From Acidimicrobiia bacterium (GTDB taxonomy: Bacteria > Actinomycetota > Acidimicrobiia > Spongiisociales > ZC4RG35): a stretch of 64,000 bases of DNA. The stretch lies in contig DATHUP010000051.1 in assembly GCA_035462175.1 (NCBI GenBank), positions 4,418-68,417 of the forward strand, in the 5' to 3' direction. The notes under the pieces are model-generated. The model worked only from the letters and a program-made list of their open reading frames with translations. It ran no database searches and was not told the origin of the DNA. The position numbers and the translations under genes are program-made. This document shows, piece by piece, positions 25,717 to 34,418 of the stretch. Each line of letters starts with the position of its first letter. Position 1 is the stretch's first letter.

Positions 25717-26279
25717 GTGTCGAATGGCTCGTCATCCGGGGATCAGGAGTGGCCGCTTTTGCCCTTCTCACCGCGGCCACGATCTGGGGTCTCCTGGTGA
25801 GCTCGAAGCTGCTGGGACGCCTGGTCAAGGCCAAGCCTCTCACCTGGTTCCACGAGTCGTTGGGTGTGGGGGCGTTGATCGCCACGATGGTCCACGTCGT
25901 GGTCCTCTCCGTCCACGACTTCCTCGACTTCAGCTGGGCCGAAATCCTGGTCCCGGGTGTCTCCGACTGGCGCCCTCTCGCGGTGGGGATGGGCATTGCC
26001 GCCTTCTACGGGATGGTGGTCGTGGCCGGCAGCTTCTACGTGAAGCGTTGGATAGGGCAGAAGCGGTGGCGCGCCATTCATTTCGCCTCCCTCGGCGTGT
26101 TCGTCTCGTCCCTGATCCACGGGATTTGGGCGGGAACCGACACCTCGAGCCCGATGATGATCGGTCTCTACCTGGGATCGGCCATCGTGGTGTTCAGCCT
26201 GGTCGCGCTTCGGATCACCGAGGACATGTCGAAGACTGCCGAGGCGGCGCGAGCGGCGAGCGAGAGGGCCGGCGTCTGA
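25713..26279 (+). CDS. ferric-reductase-like transmembrane (bis-heme b) protein
   Basis: GTG start overlaps the apbE stop (GTGA). Polytopic, with H-x13-H (FHESLGVGALIATMVH) and H-x12-H (IHFASLGVFVSSLIH) as in NOX/FRE/MsrQ-type domains. Confidence 0.75.
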   Translation: MSVEWLVIRGSGVAAFALLTAATIWGLLVSSKLLGRLVKAKPLTWFHESLGVGALIATMVHVVVLSVHDFLDFSWAEILVPGVSDWRPLAVGMGIAAFYGMVVVAGSFYVKRWIGQKRWRAIHFASLGVFVSSLIHGIWAGTDTSSPMMIGLYLGSAIVVFSLVALRITEDMSKTAEAARAASERAGV

Positions 26280-26313
26280 CGCGATCCGGGCCCAGCGGGC
26301 TCTCTCTCGACGC

Positions 26314-26664
26314 TCAATGAGAAGAACGGGTTCTCGACTCCACGGATTCCTTGAGCCCATCGAGCATGGTCGACCAGTTGGACTCGTAGTCCTCGCGATG
26401 TCGCCGGTCTGCCTCACTCGTTCCGCCTTGCAGGTTCGACTGCTTCAGTTCCACCTCGGTCCCATCCTCGGCATCAGAGAGGGTGATGGTCACGACGTGG
26501 TAGTGCTCCGGCGAGTCTTCGGTCCCGGTCGTCGGGCTCCAGTGTGAATAGCTCAACAACTCTCCGGGCTCGACCGCCAGGATCTCGCCTTTGTCGGTGT
26601 AGGCGGTGCCCTTCCACTCACCTGACCATGTGATCGGGCTCCCCACTTGCCAGTCTGTCGACAC
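26314..26664 (-). CDS. SRPBCC-fold protein (AHSA1/Aha1-like), N-terminus uncertain
   Basis: TDWQVGSPITWSGEW..GEILAVEPGELLSYSHW..VTITLSD..GTEVELKQ fits the AHSA1 family. The same frame stays open upstream (..DPTIVSEYYLGATV) without a standard start, so the true start or integrity is unclear. Confidence 0.65.
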   Translation of the reverse strand: MSTDWQVGSPITWSGEWKGTAYTDKGEILAVEPGELLSYSHWSPTTGTEDSPEHYHVVTITLSDAEDGTEVELKQSNLQGGTSEADRRHREDYESNWSTMLDGLKESVESRTRSSH

Positions 26665-26876
26665 GGTTGCCCCCAGGTAGTACTCGGAGACGATGGTGGG
26701 GTCGGTGCCCGCCGAGACCGGGCCGCAAAACCGGGATCTCCGGGGATCACCTGATGTCGCATGAGTTCTCTTCGCTGCATCGAATCGGGCCCTAGTGGGT
26801 AGGTGTGGTCAGGAGTCGCAGACAAGGCGTCCGAGCGGTGATGCCGTTCGGAGAGTGAGAGACAGAGGAGGCACCG

Positions 26877-27083
26877 ATGTGCTACACGTGCGGATGCAAA
26901 CTGCCTTATGAGGATCACGGCGACCCGGCCAACATCGTGGAGGCCCACCTCGAGGCCGCCGGTCAGACCGACACCATCGAGGGCGCCGGAGTGGAGGCGG
27001 CCAAGGAGAACCTCCTCGAGCTGATCCAGCTGCAGAGAGACGCTGGCGACCTCTCAGGGCCAAAGCAGGACTACAACCAATGA
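26877..27083 (+). CDS. small Cys/His-rich hypothetical protein (68 aa)
   Basis: ATG is preceded by GAGGAGG. The N-terminus is MCYTCGCKLPYEDHGD, followed by an acidic helical-looking remainder. Confidence 0.6.
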   Translation: MCYTCGCKLPYEDHGDPANIVEAHLEAAGQTDTIEGAGVEAAKENLLELIQLQRDAGDLSGPKQDYNQ

Positions 27084-27136
27084 CCTGCAGGACCCGGCTG
27101 TGAACCTACCCGGCTCGACGTTTACTACCAGCCCTA

Positions 27137-29446
27137 TCAGCGACTCCGCAGAGCCCGCCACACCCGCTCGGCGGTGAACGGGGTCTCGGTCAGCCAGATG
27201 CCGGTGGCGTCGTGGATGGCGTTGGCGATGGCGGGGATGGGGGCGTTGATCCCGATCTCGGCCACCGACTTGGCCCCCATCGGCCCGGTTGGCTCGAACG
27301 AATCGACCAGGATGGTCTCGATCCGGGGCAGGTCCTCGGGGCCGGGGATCTTGTAACGGGCGTAGTCCGTGGTCTTGAGCCTGCCCCAAGCGTCGAAGAC
27401 CATCTCCTCGAACAGGGCGTAGCCGATGCCGTTGGCCACCGCCCCCTCGACCTGGCCTTCCACCAATTTCGGGTTGATCGGAGTGCCGCAGTCGACGGCG
27501 GCGACGAAGCGGAGCACCTCCACGCGGCCGGTGTCCTCGTCGACGGCCACCTCGCAGAAAGCAGCTAGGAACGGGGGCGGCGAGAGCTCGGGGGTGAACG
27601 AGTGGATGGCTGCGATCTGCCGCTGCTCGGTGCCGTAGAGGGTCCGTATCCCGATTTCTGCGAGTGAGGCCGACGTCCCGTCCGCTGCGGTCACCCGCTC
27701 GTCCTCCAGGGTGAGTGACGCGGGCTCGACATCCAACATGTCGCCGGCCACCTCCAGGATCTGGGCACGCACGTCCTCGGCCGCCCTCGCCACCGCGGTT
27801 CCCGACACGTAGGTGGTCGAGCTGGCGTAGGCCCCGACGTCGAAGGGGGTGAGGTCGGTGTCCGATGAGATGACGACGATCTTGTCCAAGGGCACGGCGA
27901 GGACTTCGGCTGCGATCTGGCCGAGGATGGTGTCCGACCCTGTTCCGAGGTCGGTGGCGCCTACCGCCAGGTTGAACGAGCCGTCGTCGTTCATCTTGAT
28001 GGAGGCAGACCCCATGTCGATCAGGGGGATTCCTGAGCCCTGCATGTGAGTCGACATACCCACCCCGTGGACCCAGGATCCGTGGCGTTCCCGCTTGCCT
28101 CGCCTCTCGGTCCAGCCGATTCTCTCCGCGCCCTGCCGGATGCACTCGTCGAGGGCGCATGAGGTGATGGTCTGCTCCACTCCTTCCCGGCCCTCGCCCA
28201 GGGCGGCGAAGATGGGCGAGGTCTCCCCTTCGCGGATGTGATTGCGCATCCGCCACTCCAAGGCATCGATGCCGAGGTCGGCGGCGAGCCGGTCGACCGC
28301 CGTCTCCAGGGCGAAATAGCCCTGGGTGGCGCCATACCCCCGATAGGCGCCTGCCACCGGGAGGTTGGTGTAGACGACGTCCCCGGAGAACCTGACGTGG
28401 GGCGCCTTGTTGTACAGGGGCAGGGTCTTCGATCCCGCATTGGAGAGGACGGTGAGGCTGTGGGCCCCGTAGGCGCCTGTGTTGGAGAGGACCTCCATCT
28501 GGAGGGCATGGAGCCGGCCGTCTGCCTTGGCCCCGAGCTTGACCCGGACCCGCATCGGGTGCCTGGTCCGCGAGGAGACGAATTCCTGCTCCCGGCTGTA
28601 CAGCATCTGGGCCGGGCGCCCGGTCTGCAAGGTCACCCAGGCGGGCAGGTCCTCGATGAGCACCTCCTGTTTCACCCCGAAGCCGCCACCGATCCTGGGC
28701 TTGATCACCCTGATCCGGTGGATGGGGACGTCGAGCAGCATCCCGATGATGCGGCGCACGTGGAACGGGACCTGGGTGGAGGTCACGATGACGAGACGCC
28801 CGTTCTCGTCGAGATGGGTGGTGGCGATGTGAGGCTCGAGCGGGGCGTGCTGGCCGTATTGGGTCTCGGTGGTGACCTCGACCACCGCGTCCGATTCGGC
28901 GAAGCCTTGCTCGACGTCACCTGCGACGGCCACCACGTGGGCGGCGAGGTTCCTAGGTGCGTCCCAGACGTCGAGGGCGTCGTCCTCGTCGTGGATCACC
29001 GGCGCCCCCTCGGCGATGGCCTGGTCGATGGTCAGCACCGGCTCCAGCACCTCGTACTCGACCTCGATCGTCTCCAGTGCCCGTTGCGCTTCGAGCAGGG
29101 AGTCGGCGGCGACGGCGGCGACGCGGTCGCCCACCCAACGCACCTTTGTGTCGAACATCCGCGCGTCGTACGGCGAGGGTTCTGGGTATCCCTGGCCGGC
29201 GGTGGTGTATCGCTTCTCGGGGGTGTTCCGGTGGTCCAGGACCAGTGCCACCCCAGGCATCGCTTCGGCCCGTGTGGTGTCCATCGCCCTGATCCGGGCG
29301 TGAGCGTGAGGGCTGGTGAGCAGGGCGATGTGGAGCAGGTCGACGGGTTTGGCGAAGTCGTCGGCGAAGACCGGCCTCCCGGTGACCAGGCCGCGCCCGT
29401 CCACACGATGCAAGGAGATCCCTACGACGTCGTACTTGTCAGCCAT
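27137..29446 (-). CDS. xanthine dehydrogenase/aldehyde oxidase-family molybdopterin-binding large subunit
   Basis: 769 aa with IGGGFGVKQ, GAYRGYGATQG and C-terminal Moco-binding domains. Overlaps the 2Fe-2S subunit gene. Confidence 0.92.
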   Translation of the reverse strand: MADKYDVVGISLHRVDGRGLVTGRPVFADDFAKPVDLLHIALLTSPHAHARIRAMDTTRAEAMPGVALVLDHRNTPEKRYTTAGQGYPEPSPYDARMFDTKVRWVGDRVAAVAADSLLEAQRALETIEVEYEVLEPVLTIDQAIAEGAPVIHDEDDALDVWDAPRNLAAHVVAVAGDVEQGFAESDAVVEVTTETQYGQHAPLEPHIATTHLDENGRLVIVTSTQVPFHVRRIIGMLLDVPIHRIRVIKPRIGGGFGVKQEVLIEDLPAWVTLQTGRPAQMLYSREQEFVSSRTRHPMRVRVKLGAKADGRLHALQMEVLSNTGAYGAHSLTVLSNAGSKTLPLYNKAPHVRFSGDVVYTNLPVAGAYRGYGATQGYFALETAVDRLAADLGIDALEWRMRNHIREGETSPIFAALGEGREGVEQTITSCALDECIRQGAERIGWTERRGKRERHGSWVHGVGMSTHMQGSGIPLIDMGSASIKMNDDGSFNLAVGATDLGTGSDTILGQIAAEVLAVPLDKIVVISSDTDLTPFDVGAYASSTTYVSGTAVARAAEDVRAQILEVAGDMLDVEPASLTLEDERVTAADGTSASLAEIGIRTLYGTEQRQIAAIHSFTPELSPPPFLAAFCEVAVDEDTGRVEVLRFVAAVDCGTPINPKLVEGQVEGAVANGIGYALFEEMVFDAWGRLKTTDYARYKIPGPEDLPRIETILVDSFEPTGPMGAKSVAEIGINAPIPAIANAIHDATGIWLTETPFTAERVWRALRSR

Positions 29447-29918
29447 CGGCCTCGCCCTCCCTCATGATGGCGGCCGCCATCTCGATCGCATCGATCTGCT
29501 TGACATAGCCGGTGCAGCGACAGAGGTTGCCGGCGAGATAGGAACCGATCTCGTCACGGGTGGGCTCGGGGTTGCGGGCGAGGAGGTCGACGGCGGTGAG
29601 GATCATGGCGGGGATGCAGAACCCGCATTGAACGCCACCGGCGTCGAGCATCGTCTGCTGCAGCGGGTGATATGCCGCATCCTTTCCGTCCAGGCCGTCG
29701 ATCGTGGTGATCTCGCTGCCCTCGGCTTGTGCGGCGAACACCAGGCAAGAGGCGACGGCCCTCCCGTTGAGGAGCACGGCGCAGGCGCCGCAGTCGCCGT
29801 TGGCACAACCGTTCTTGACGCTGGTGTGACCGTTGGCACGGAGTGCCTCGAGCAAAGTGTCACCCGGCGCGAGCTCGAGGGGCTCACTCTTCCCGTTGAC
29901 GGTGAGGTCGACTCTCAT
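29439..29918 (-). CDS. (2Fe-2S)-binding small subunit of the molybdenum hydroxylase
   Basis: 159 aa with CANGDCGACAV and CGFCIPAM..CRCTGY cluster motifs. ATGA overlap with the FAD subunit gene. Confidence 0.92.
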   Translation of the reverse strand: MRVDLTVNGKSEPLELAPGDTLLEALRANGHTSVKNGCANGDCGACAVLLNGRAVASCLVFAAQAEGSEITTIDGLDGKDAAYHPLQQTMLDAGGVQCGFCIPAMILTAVDLLARNPEPTRDEIGSYLAGNLCRCTGYVKQIDAIEMAAAIMREGEADG

Positions 29919-30766
29919 CGGCTCAGCCTCTCCGCGACGGTGGTAAGGCACCGGGCGACCAGCACCTCGACCAGATGGCTGCGATATTCGGCCGAAGCCA
30001 CCCACCCCGTCCCGGTCGGAATCTCTTCGCCGGCGAGTCGGGAGGCGGTCTCGATGGCCGACGGGGACAGCCCATCGGACTTGACCGATGCCTCCGCCCG
30101 TGCCGCCCGTTGGGCGAGGTGTGGGGTCGCCCCACAGACGATCCGAACCTGGTCGACTCCTCCGGGGCCGAGATCCACCCGGCAGCATGCGTTGAGGATG
30201 GGGAAGTCGAAGGCGGTCCGGGCCTGTCGCTGGAAGGCCGCGGCCGAGCTCGCGGGGAGGGCGGGGAGCAGGACCTCGGTGAGGATGTGGGGCCGGGTGT
30301 TGTGTCCCTCGGAGAGGTAGCGGGACAGGGACATCGAGGTCTGGCCCCCATCCCGGTGGATGCGAACCTCGGCGTCGAGGGCGATGAGCACCGGCACCAC
30401 ATCGGAGAGCCGGCCTCTGGCGAGATGGCCGCCGATCGTGGCCGAGTTGCGAAGAAGCGGGCTGCCCACCTGCACCATCATCTCGGCGATGACTCCGCCG
30501 CCGTGGGCGACGAGCTGCTGATGCTCCAGGATCGCGGTCAGGGTTGCACCCGCGCCGATCTGGATCGATCCGTCGTCCTTGGCGGAGACGGCGGAGTCGA
30601 GGGCTTTCCTCAGGTCGACCAGTGTGGTCACCTCGGGTGGGGCGCTTATGGTGAGGTCGCTGCCACCGGAGAGGAGCCGGACGGTGGGGGCGCCGTCGGC
30701 GATGGATCGCCACGCCTCCTCGAGGGACTCGGGACGCAGATACTCGGTGATCCCGGGCCGGCTCAC
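29915..30766 (-). CDS. FAD-binding (CoxM/XdhB-like) medium subunit of the molybdenum hydroxylase
   Basis: FAD_binding_5-type sequence (LLSGGSDL.., ATIGGHLA) and a CO-dehydrogenase flavoprotein C-domain-like end. GTG start at 30766 overlaps the upstream stop (GTGA). Confidence 0.85.
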   Translation of the reverse strand: MSRPGITEYLRPESLEEAWRSIADGAPTVRLLSGGSDLTISAPPEVTTLVDLRKALDSAVSAKDDGSIQIGAGATLTAILEHQQLVAHGGGVIAEMMVQVGSPLLRNSATIGGHLARGRLSDVVPVLIALDAEVRIHRDGGQTSMSLSRYLSEGHNTRPHILTEVLLPALPASSAAAFQRQARTAFDFPILNACCRVDLGPGGVDQVRIVCGATPHLAQRAARAEASVKSDGLSPSAIETASRLAGEEIPTGTGWVASAEYRSHLVEVLVARCLTTVAERLSR

Positions 30767-32223
30767 GATGCGGCCGCCCTGTCGTTGAAGTCTTCGATGA
30801 GACGGTCGATCGGCCCGATCATGCCCTGGATCTCGGCCCAGTAGGTGGGGTCGTGCCACTGGCGATCCAGCTCGGCGACCTCCTTGCCCTGCTGTTCCAC
30901 CCAGGTGAAGTACTTGAGGTTGTGGATCCGGCGCCGGTCCCAGTGGCCCAGCTCCTCCACGTGCGCGGTCGACTCGCCGAGCAGCCAGCGCTGATGGGCG
31001 ACCGCGGCGTCGGTGGAGGTGAAGTCACCCAGCCGGTCCCGTTCCTCCACAAGCCGGCTCTGATACATGTCCATGGAGTCGGTGGCGATGGTGAGCACCA
31101 CGTCGTTGCTCCCCATCTCGAACCACTTGGCCAGCTTGATCGCCGAGAGCAGGTTGGCGATCGAGGAGATGCCCAGCTCGGGGAGCCGGGTCACCAGCGT
31201 CTCAGGCAAACCCCGGGAGACGAGGTAGTCGATGCCCGCCGGCTCGTTGAAGAGACGGATCAGGGCCATGGGCCCGGCATCGTCGATGCCGGTGACCACA
31301 TCGGTGTTGCGCACGTTGTGGATCCAGGGGACGTGCTTGTCGCCGATGCCCTCGATGCGGTGGCTGCCATAGCCGTTCCACATCAGCGTGGGGCACTGCA
31401 GGGCCTCGGAGGCGGCGACCTTCACCGTCGGGTAGTGCCGTCTGAGGAAGTCGGCCGAGGCGATGGTGCCCGCCGATCCCGTGGAGTAGGTAACTGCCGC
31501 CAGTCGGTCGCCGTCGCCGGCCACCGTCTCGAACACCTCGTGCATGGCGGGCCCGGTCACGGTGTAGTGCCACAGGTAGTTGCCGAATTCGTCGAATTGG
31601 TTGAAGACCACGATGTCCTCTCCCGAGGCGCGCAGCTCGGCGCACTTGTCGAAGATCTCCTTGACGTTGCTCTCCGAGCCCGGGGTCTTGATCACCTCTC
31701 CGGCGACGCTCTCCAGCCAGGCGAAGCGCTCGGCGCTCATCCCCTCGGGGAGGATGGCGATCGACTCGCAGGCGAGGAGGTTGGCGTCGTATGCCCCACC
31801 CCGGCAGTAGTTGCCGGTTGAGGGCCAGGCCGACTTCTGGGTGGTGGGGTCGAACTGGCCGGTGACGAGACGGGGAACAAGGCAGCCGAAGGCGGCGCCC
31901 ACCTTGTGGGCCCCGGTGGGGAACCATTTGCCGACCAGGGCCACGATCCTGGCGGCGACCCCGGTCAACTCCGAGGGGAACTCGATCCTGTTCACCTCAC
32001 CGAAGCGGCCACCCTTCTCCACGGGCTGGTTGTGCCAGGTGATCCGGAACAGGTTGAGCGGGTCGAGGTCCCAAAGCCCCACCGATTCGAGGCGACCCCC
32101 CACCTCAGCGGGGATGGTGCCCGGGTCGCGCATCTGGGCAAAGGTGGGGATGACGATGTCCCGTTCCCGTGCCCGCGAGATCGCGTGCTCGAGGCCGGCC
32201 TGGTCGATGGTGAGATCGATCAT
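30763..32223 (-). CDS. PLP-dependent enzyme, tryptophan-synthase-beta (fold type II) superfamily, 486 aa, function unknown
   Basis: PLP-lysine context FPTGAHKVGAAFG and glycine-rich loop STGSAGT. Long N- and C-terminal extensions relative to CysK. The real start, ATG 32223, overlaps the upstream stop (ATGA). The 879-aa ORF-track form is an artefact. Confidence 0.8.
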   Translation of the reverse strand: MIDLTIDQAGLEHAISRARERDIVIPTFAQMRDPGTIPAEVGGRLESVGLWDLDPLNLFRITWHNQPVEKGGRFGEVNRIEFPSELTGVAARIVALVGKWFPTGAHKVGAAFGCLVPRLVTGQFDPTTQKSAWPSTGNYCRGGAYDANLLACESIAILPEGMSAERFAWLESVAGEVIKTPGSESNVKEIFDKCAELRASGEDIVVFNQFDEFGNYLWHYTVTGPAMHEVFETVAGDGDRLAAVTYSTGSAGTIASADFLRRHYPTVKVAASEALQCPTLMWNGYGSHRIEGIGDKHVPWIHNVRNTDVVTGIDDAGPMALIRLFNEPAGIDYLVSRGLPETLVTRLPELGISSIANLLSAIKLAKWFEMGSNDVVLTIATDSMDMYQSRLVEERDRLGDFTSTDAAVAHQRWLLGESTAHVEELGHWDRRRIHNLKYFTWVEQQGKEVAELDRQWHDPTYWAEIQGMIGPIDRLIEDFNDRAAAS

Positions 32224-33470
32224 CCTGTCCACTCCTCCAATGCGGTGGCCACCGAGTCCAGGTCGGGGGCGACGTGGTGGGCCCGGATCCCGGCGGTGGA
32301 GACGGCCCGCATTGCCGCGGGGATGTCTTTGAGCCCGGTGCCGGTGGATATGGCGACGACCAGGTCGCCTGCCGAGATCACCCCGGTTTCCCTGGCCACC
32401 TCGACACCGGCCCAGGAGGCGGCGGCAGCAGGCTCGGGGAAGACCCCGGCCTGGGAGGCGACGGTGGGGATGGCGGCGAGGATTTCGTCGTCTGTGACGG
32501 TGACGAAGGCCCCGTCGCTGTTGACGATCGCCCGCATCGCCTTGATTCGGTCCCGGGGGAGACCGGCGGAGATGGAGTCGGCAACGGTCTCGGGGTGGAT
32601 CGGCGGCTTGGTGAGTACGTCTTCTCCGCTCTCCCATGCCTCGGCAAGGAAGGCGGAACCGGCGGCCTGCACCCCGATGATCCGAGGGATCCCTCCGATC
32701 CATCCCAGCTCGAGTAGGTCGGTGAAGCCCTTCCACAGGCTTCCCACGATGCAGCCGTCGCCCACCGAGACGAAGACCGCATCCGGCATGTGCCAGTCGA
32801 GCTGCCGGGCGATCTCGTGGGCGACCGTTTTCTTTCCCTCGGACATGTAGGGGTTGAACCCTGTGGTCCGGTTGTACCAGTCGAACTTCTCGGCGGAGCG
32901 GAGACAGAGCTCGACCGCCTCGTCGTAGCTGCCATCTACGAGCAGCACCTTCGCCCCATAGGCGAGGAGCTGCGCCACCTTTGCCTCCGGGGCGGCTGTG
33001 GGGACGAAGATGACGGTGGCTCGGCCCACCGAGGCGGCGACCCCGGCAAGCGCGGCAGCGGCGTTGCCGGTGGAGGCGGTGGTGATCACCCCTGCTTTTC
33101 GCTCGTCCGCCTTGACGATCGCCATCGCCGAGGCTCGGTCCTTGAGCGATCCGGTGGGTTGCACCCCTTCGTCCTTGATCCAGACCTCGGCCACCCCGGC
33201 CCGCTGCGCCAGTCGCGGCGACTGATAAAGGGGGGTGCCGCCGATGCGAAGCGGGGGCAGGGTGGCCCCCTCGCCGACGGGCAGTAGCGGTCGAAGCGCC
33301 CACATGTCGTCTCCGGCGATCGCCTCCCGGTCGAGAGTGGCGCCGATCCGCTCGTAGTCGTAGACCACGTCGAGGATGCCGTCGTCCCCGTGGTTTGGGC
33401 ACACGTAGTCCACCTGGTCGGGCCGGTAGGTCTTGGCACAGACCAGACAGGAGAGGTGGAGAACGTTCAT
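32220..33470 (-). CDS. threonine-synthase-like PLP enzyme with an N-terminal Cys-rich ribbon
   Basis: CLVCAKTY..CPNHG ribbon, PLP-lysine motif PTGSLKDRAS, and TASTGNAAAA. ATG 33470 overlaps the carbamate kinase stop (ATGA). Confidence 0.85.
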   Translation of the reverse strand: MNVLHLSCLVCAKTYRPDQVDYVCPNHGDDGILDVVYDYERIGATLDREAIAGDDMWALRPLLPVGEGATLPPLRIGGTPLYQSPRLAQRAGVAEVWIKDEGVQPTGSLKDRASAMAIVKADERKAGVITTASTGNAAAALAGVAASVGRATVIFVPTAAPEAKVAQLLAYGAKVLLVDGSYDEAVELCLRSAEKFDWYNRTTGFNPYMSEGKKTVAHEIARQLDWHMPDAVFVSVGDGCIVGSLWKGFTDLLELGWIGGIPRIIGVQAAGSAFLAEAWESGEDVLTKPPIHPETVADSISAGLPRDRIKAMRAIVNSDGAFVTVTDDEILAAIPTVASQAGVFPEPAAAASWAGVEVARETGVISAGDLVVAISTGTGLKDIPAAMRAVSTAGIRAHHVAPDLDSVATALEEWTG

Positions 33471-34411
33471 CGGTGGATCCTCGTGCCGGTCTCCTCGCGC
33501 ATTGCCCGCTCCAGATTCTGCGGGTTGGTGATGATGGCTTCCCTGCCCCCGGCCTCGAGGAAGTCGATGACGGCTTCGATCTTTGGTGCCATCGAGCCCT
33601 TGAGGAAGTGGGTGCCCTCGGCGAGGCGAGATTTGGCTTCCTCCAGGCTGAGCTCGGAGACCCACCGCTGCTCCGGCTTTCCGAAGTTCAGGGCCACCTG
33701 CTCCACCGAAGTGCTGATCAGCAGCAGATCGGCGTCAACCTCGTTGGCCAGCATCGCCGAGGCACGGTCCTTGTCGATGACGGCGGCCACCCCGTGGAGG
33801 GCTCCGGTGCCGTCCGCAACCACCGGGATCCCCCCGCCACCGGCGGCGATCACCACCAACCCGGCGTCGATCAGGGTCTTGATGGCATCGATTTCGACGA
33901 TCCGCTTCGGAATCGGCGAAGCCACCACCCGGCGCCAGCCACGGTTGGAGTCCTCTGCGATGTCCCACCCTTCCCCGTCCCGTCGTTTGATGGCGTCGGC
34001 TTCGCTGAAGAACGACCCGATCGGCTTCGACGGGGCGTCGAAGGCGGGATCGGCGGCATCGACCTCGACCTGGGTCACCACCGTGACCACTCCCTTGTGG
34101 ATCGACATCCGCATGAAGTCGTTGGTCAGGTTCTGCTGCAGGATGTAGCCGATGGCCCCCTGGGTGTCGGCGCCACACACGTCGAGGGGCACTTCGTGGA
34201 GCTCGTGGGAGGCCAGGTCGGAGCGGCGCAGGATGAAGCCGATCTGCGGGCCGTTGCCGTGGGTGATGACCACGTCCCAGCCATCGGCCACCAGCCCGGC
34301 GATGTGATGATCGGTCTCGGCGGCGGCCAGGTATTGGTCCTCGACGGTTTGATGCTGGGGGTCGGTGATCAGGCTGTTGCCGCCGATCGCCACCACAACT
34401 CGCTTGCTCAT
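33467..34411 (-). CDS. arcC: carbamate kinase
   Basis: 314 aa with VVAIGGNSL, THGNGPQIG and GGGGIPV motifs of the amino-acid-kinase-family carbamate kinases. Confidence 0.9.
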   Translation of the reverse strand: MSKRVVVAIGGNSLITDPQHQTVEDQYLAAAETDHHIAGLVADGWDVVITHGNGPQIGFILRRSDLASHELHEVPLDVCGADTQGAIGYILQQNLTNDFMRMSIHKGVVTVVTQVEVDAADPAFDAPSKPIGSFFSEADAIKRRDGEGWDIAEDSNRGWRRVVASPIPKRIVEIDAIKTLIDAGLVVIAAGGGGIPVVADGTGALHGVAAVIDKDRASAMLANEVDADLLLISTSVEQVALNFGKPEQRWVSELSLEEAKSRLAEGTHFLKGSMAPKIEAVIDFLEAGGREAIITNPQNLERAMREETGTRIHR

Positions 34412-34418
34412 CCCGGCA

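Noticed and set aside
26665-26800. Upstream extension or frameshifted N-terminus of the SRPBCC gene
   Set aside because: The frame is open and partly family-like (DPTIVSEYYLGATV, RFDAAKR), but it has no standard start and an odd insert. I cannot distinguish a non-canonical start from degradation, so only the conserved core is annotated.
30763-33402. The ORF-track 879-aa and 592-aa (9684-11462) giant ORFs, and similar N-terminal extensions (15146-17269, 5348-6280, 3644-4657, 40327-41433)
   Set aside because: Only the C-terminal parts carry recognisable domains. Internal ATG/GTG starts coincide with 4-nt overlaps or RBS-like sequences. The extensions are low-complexity and overlap the real upstream genes.
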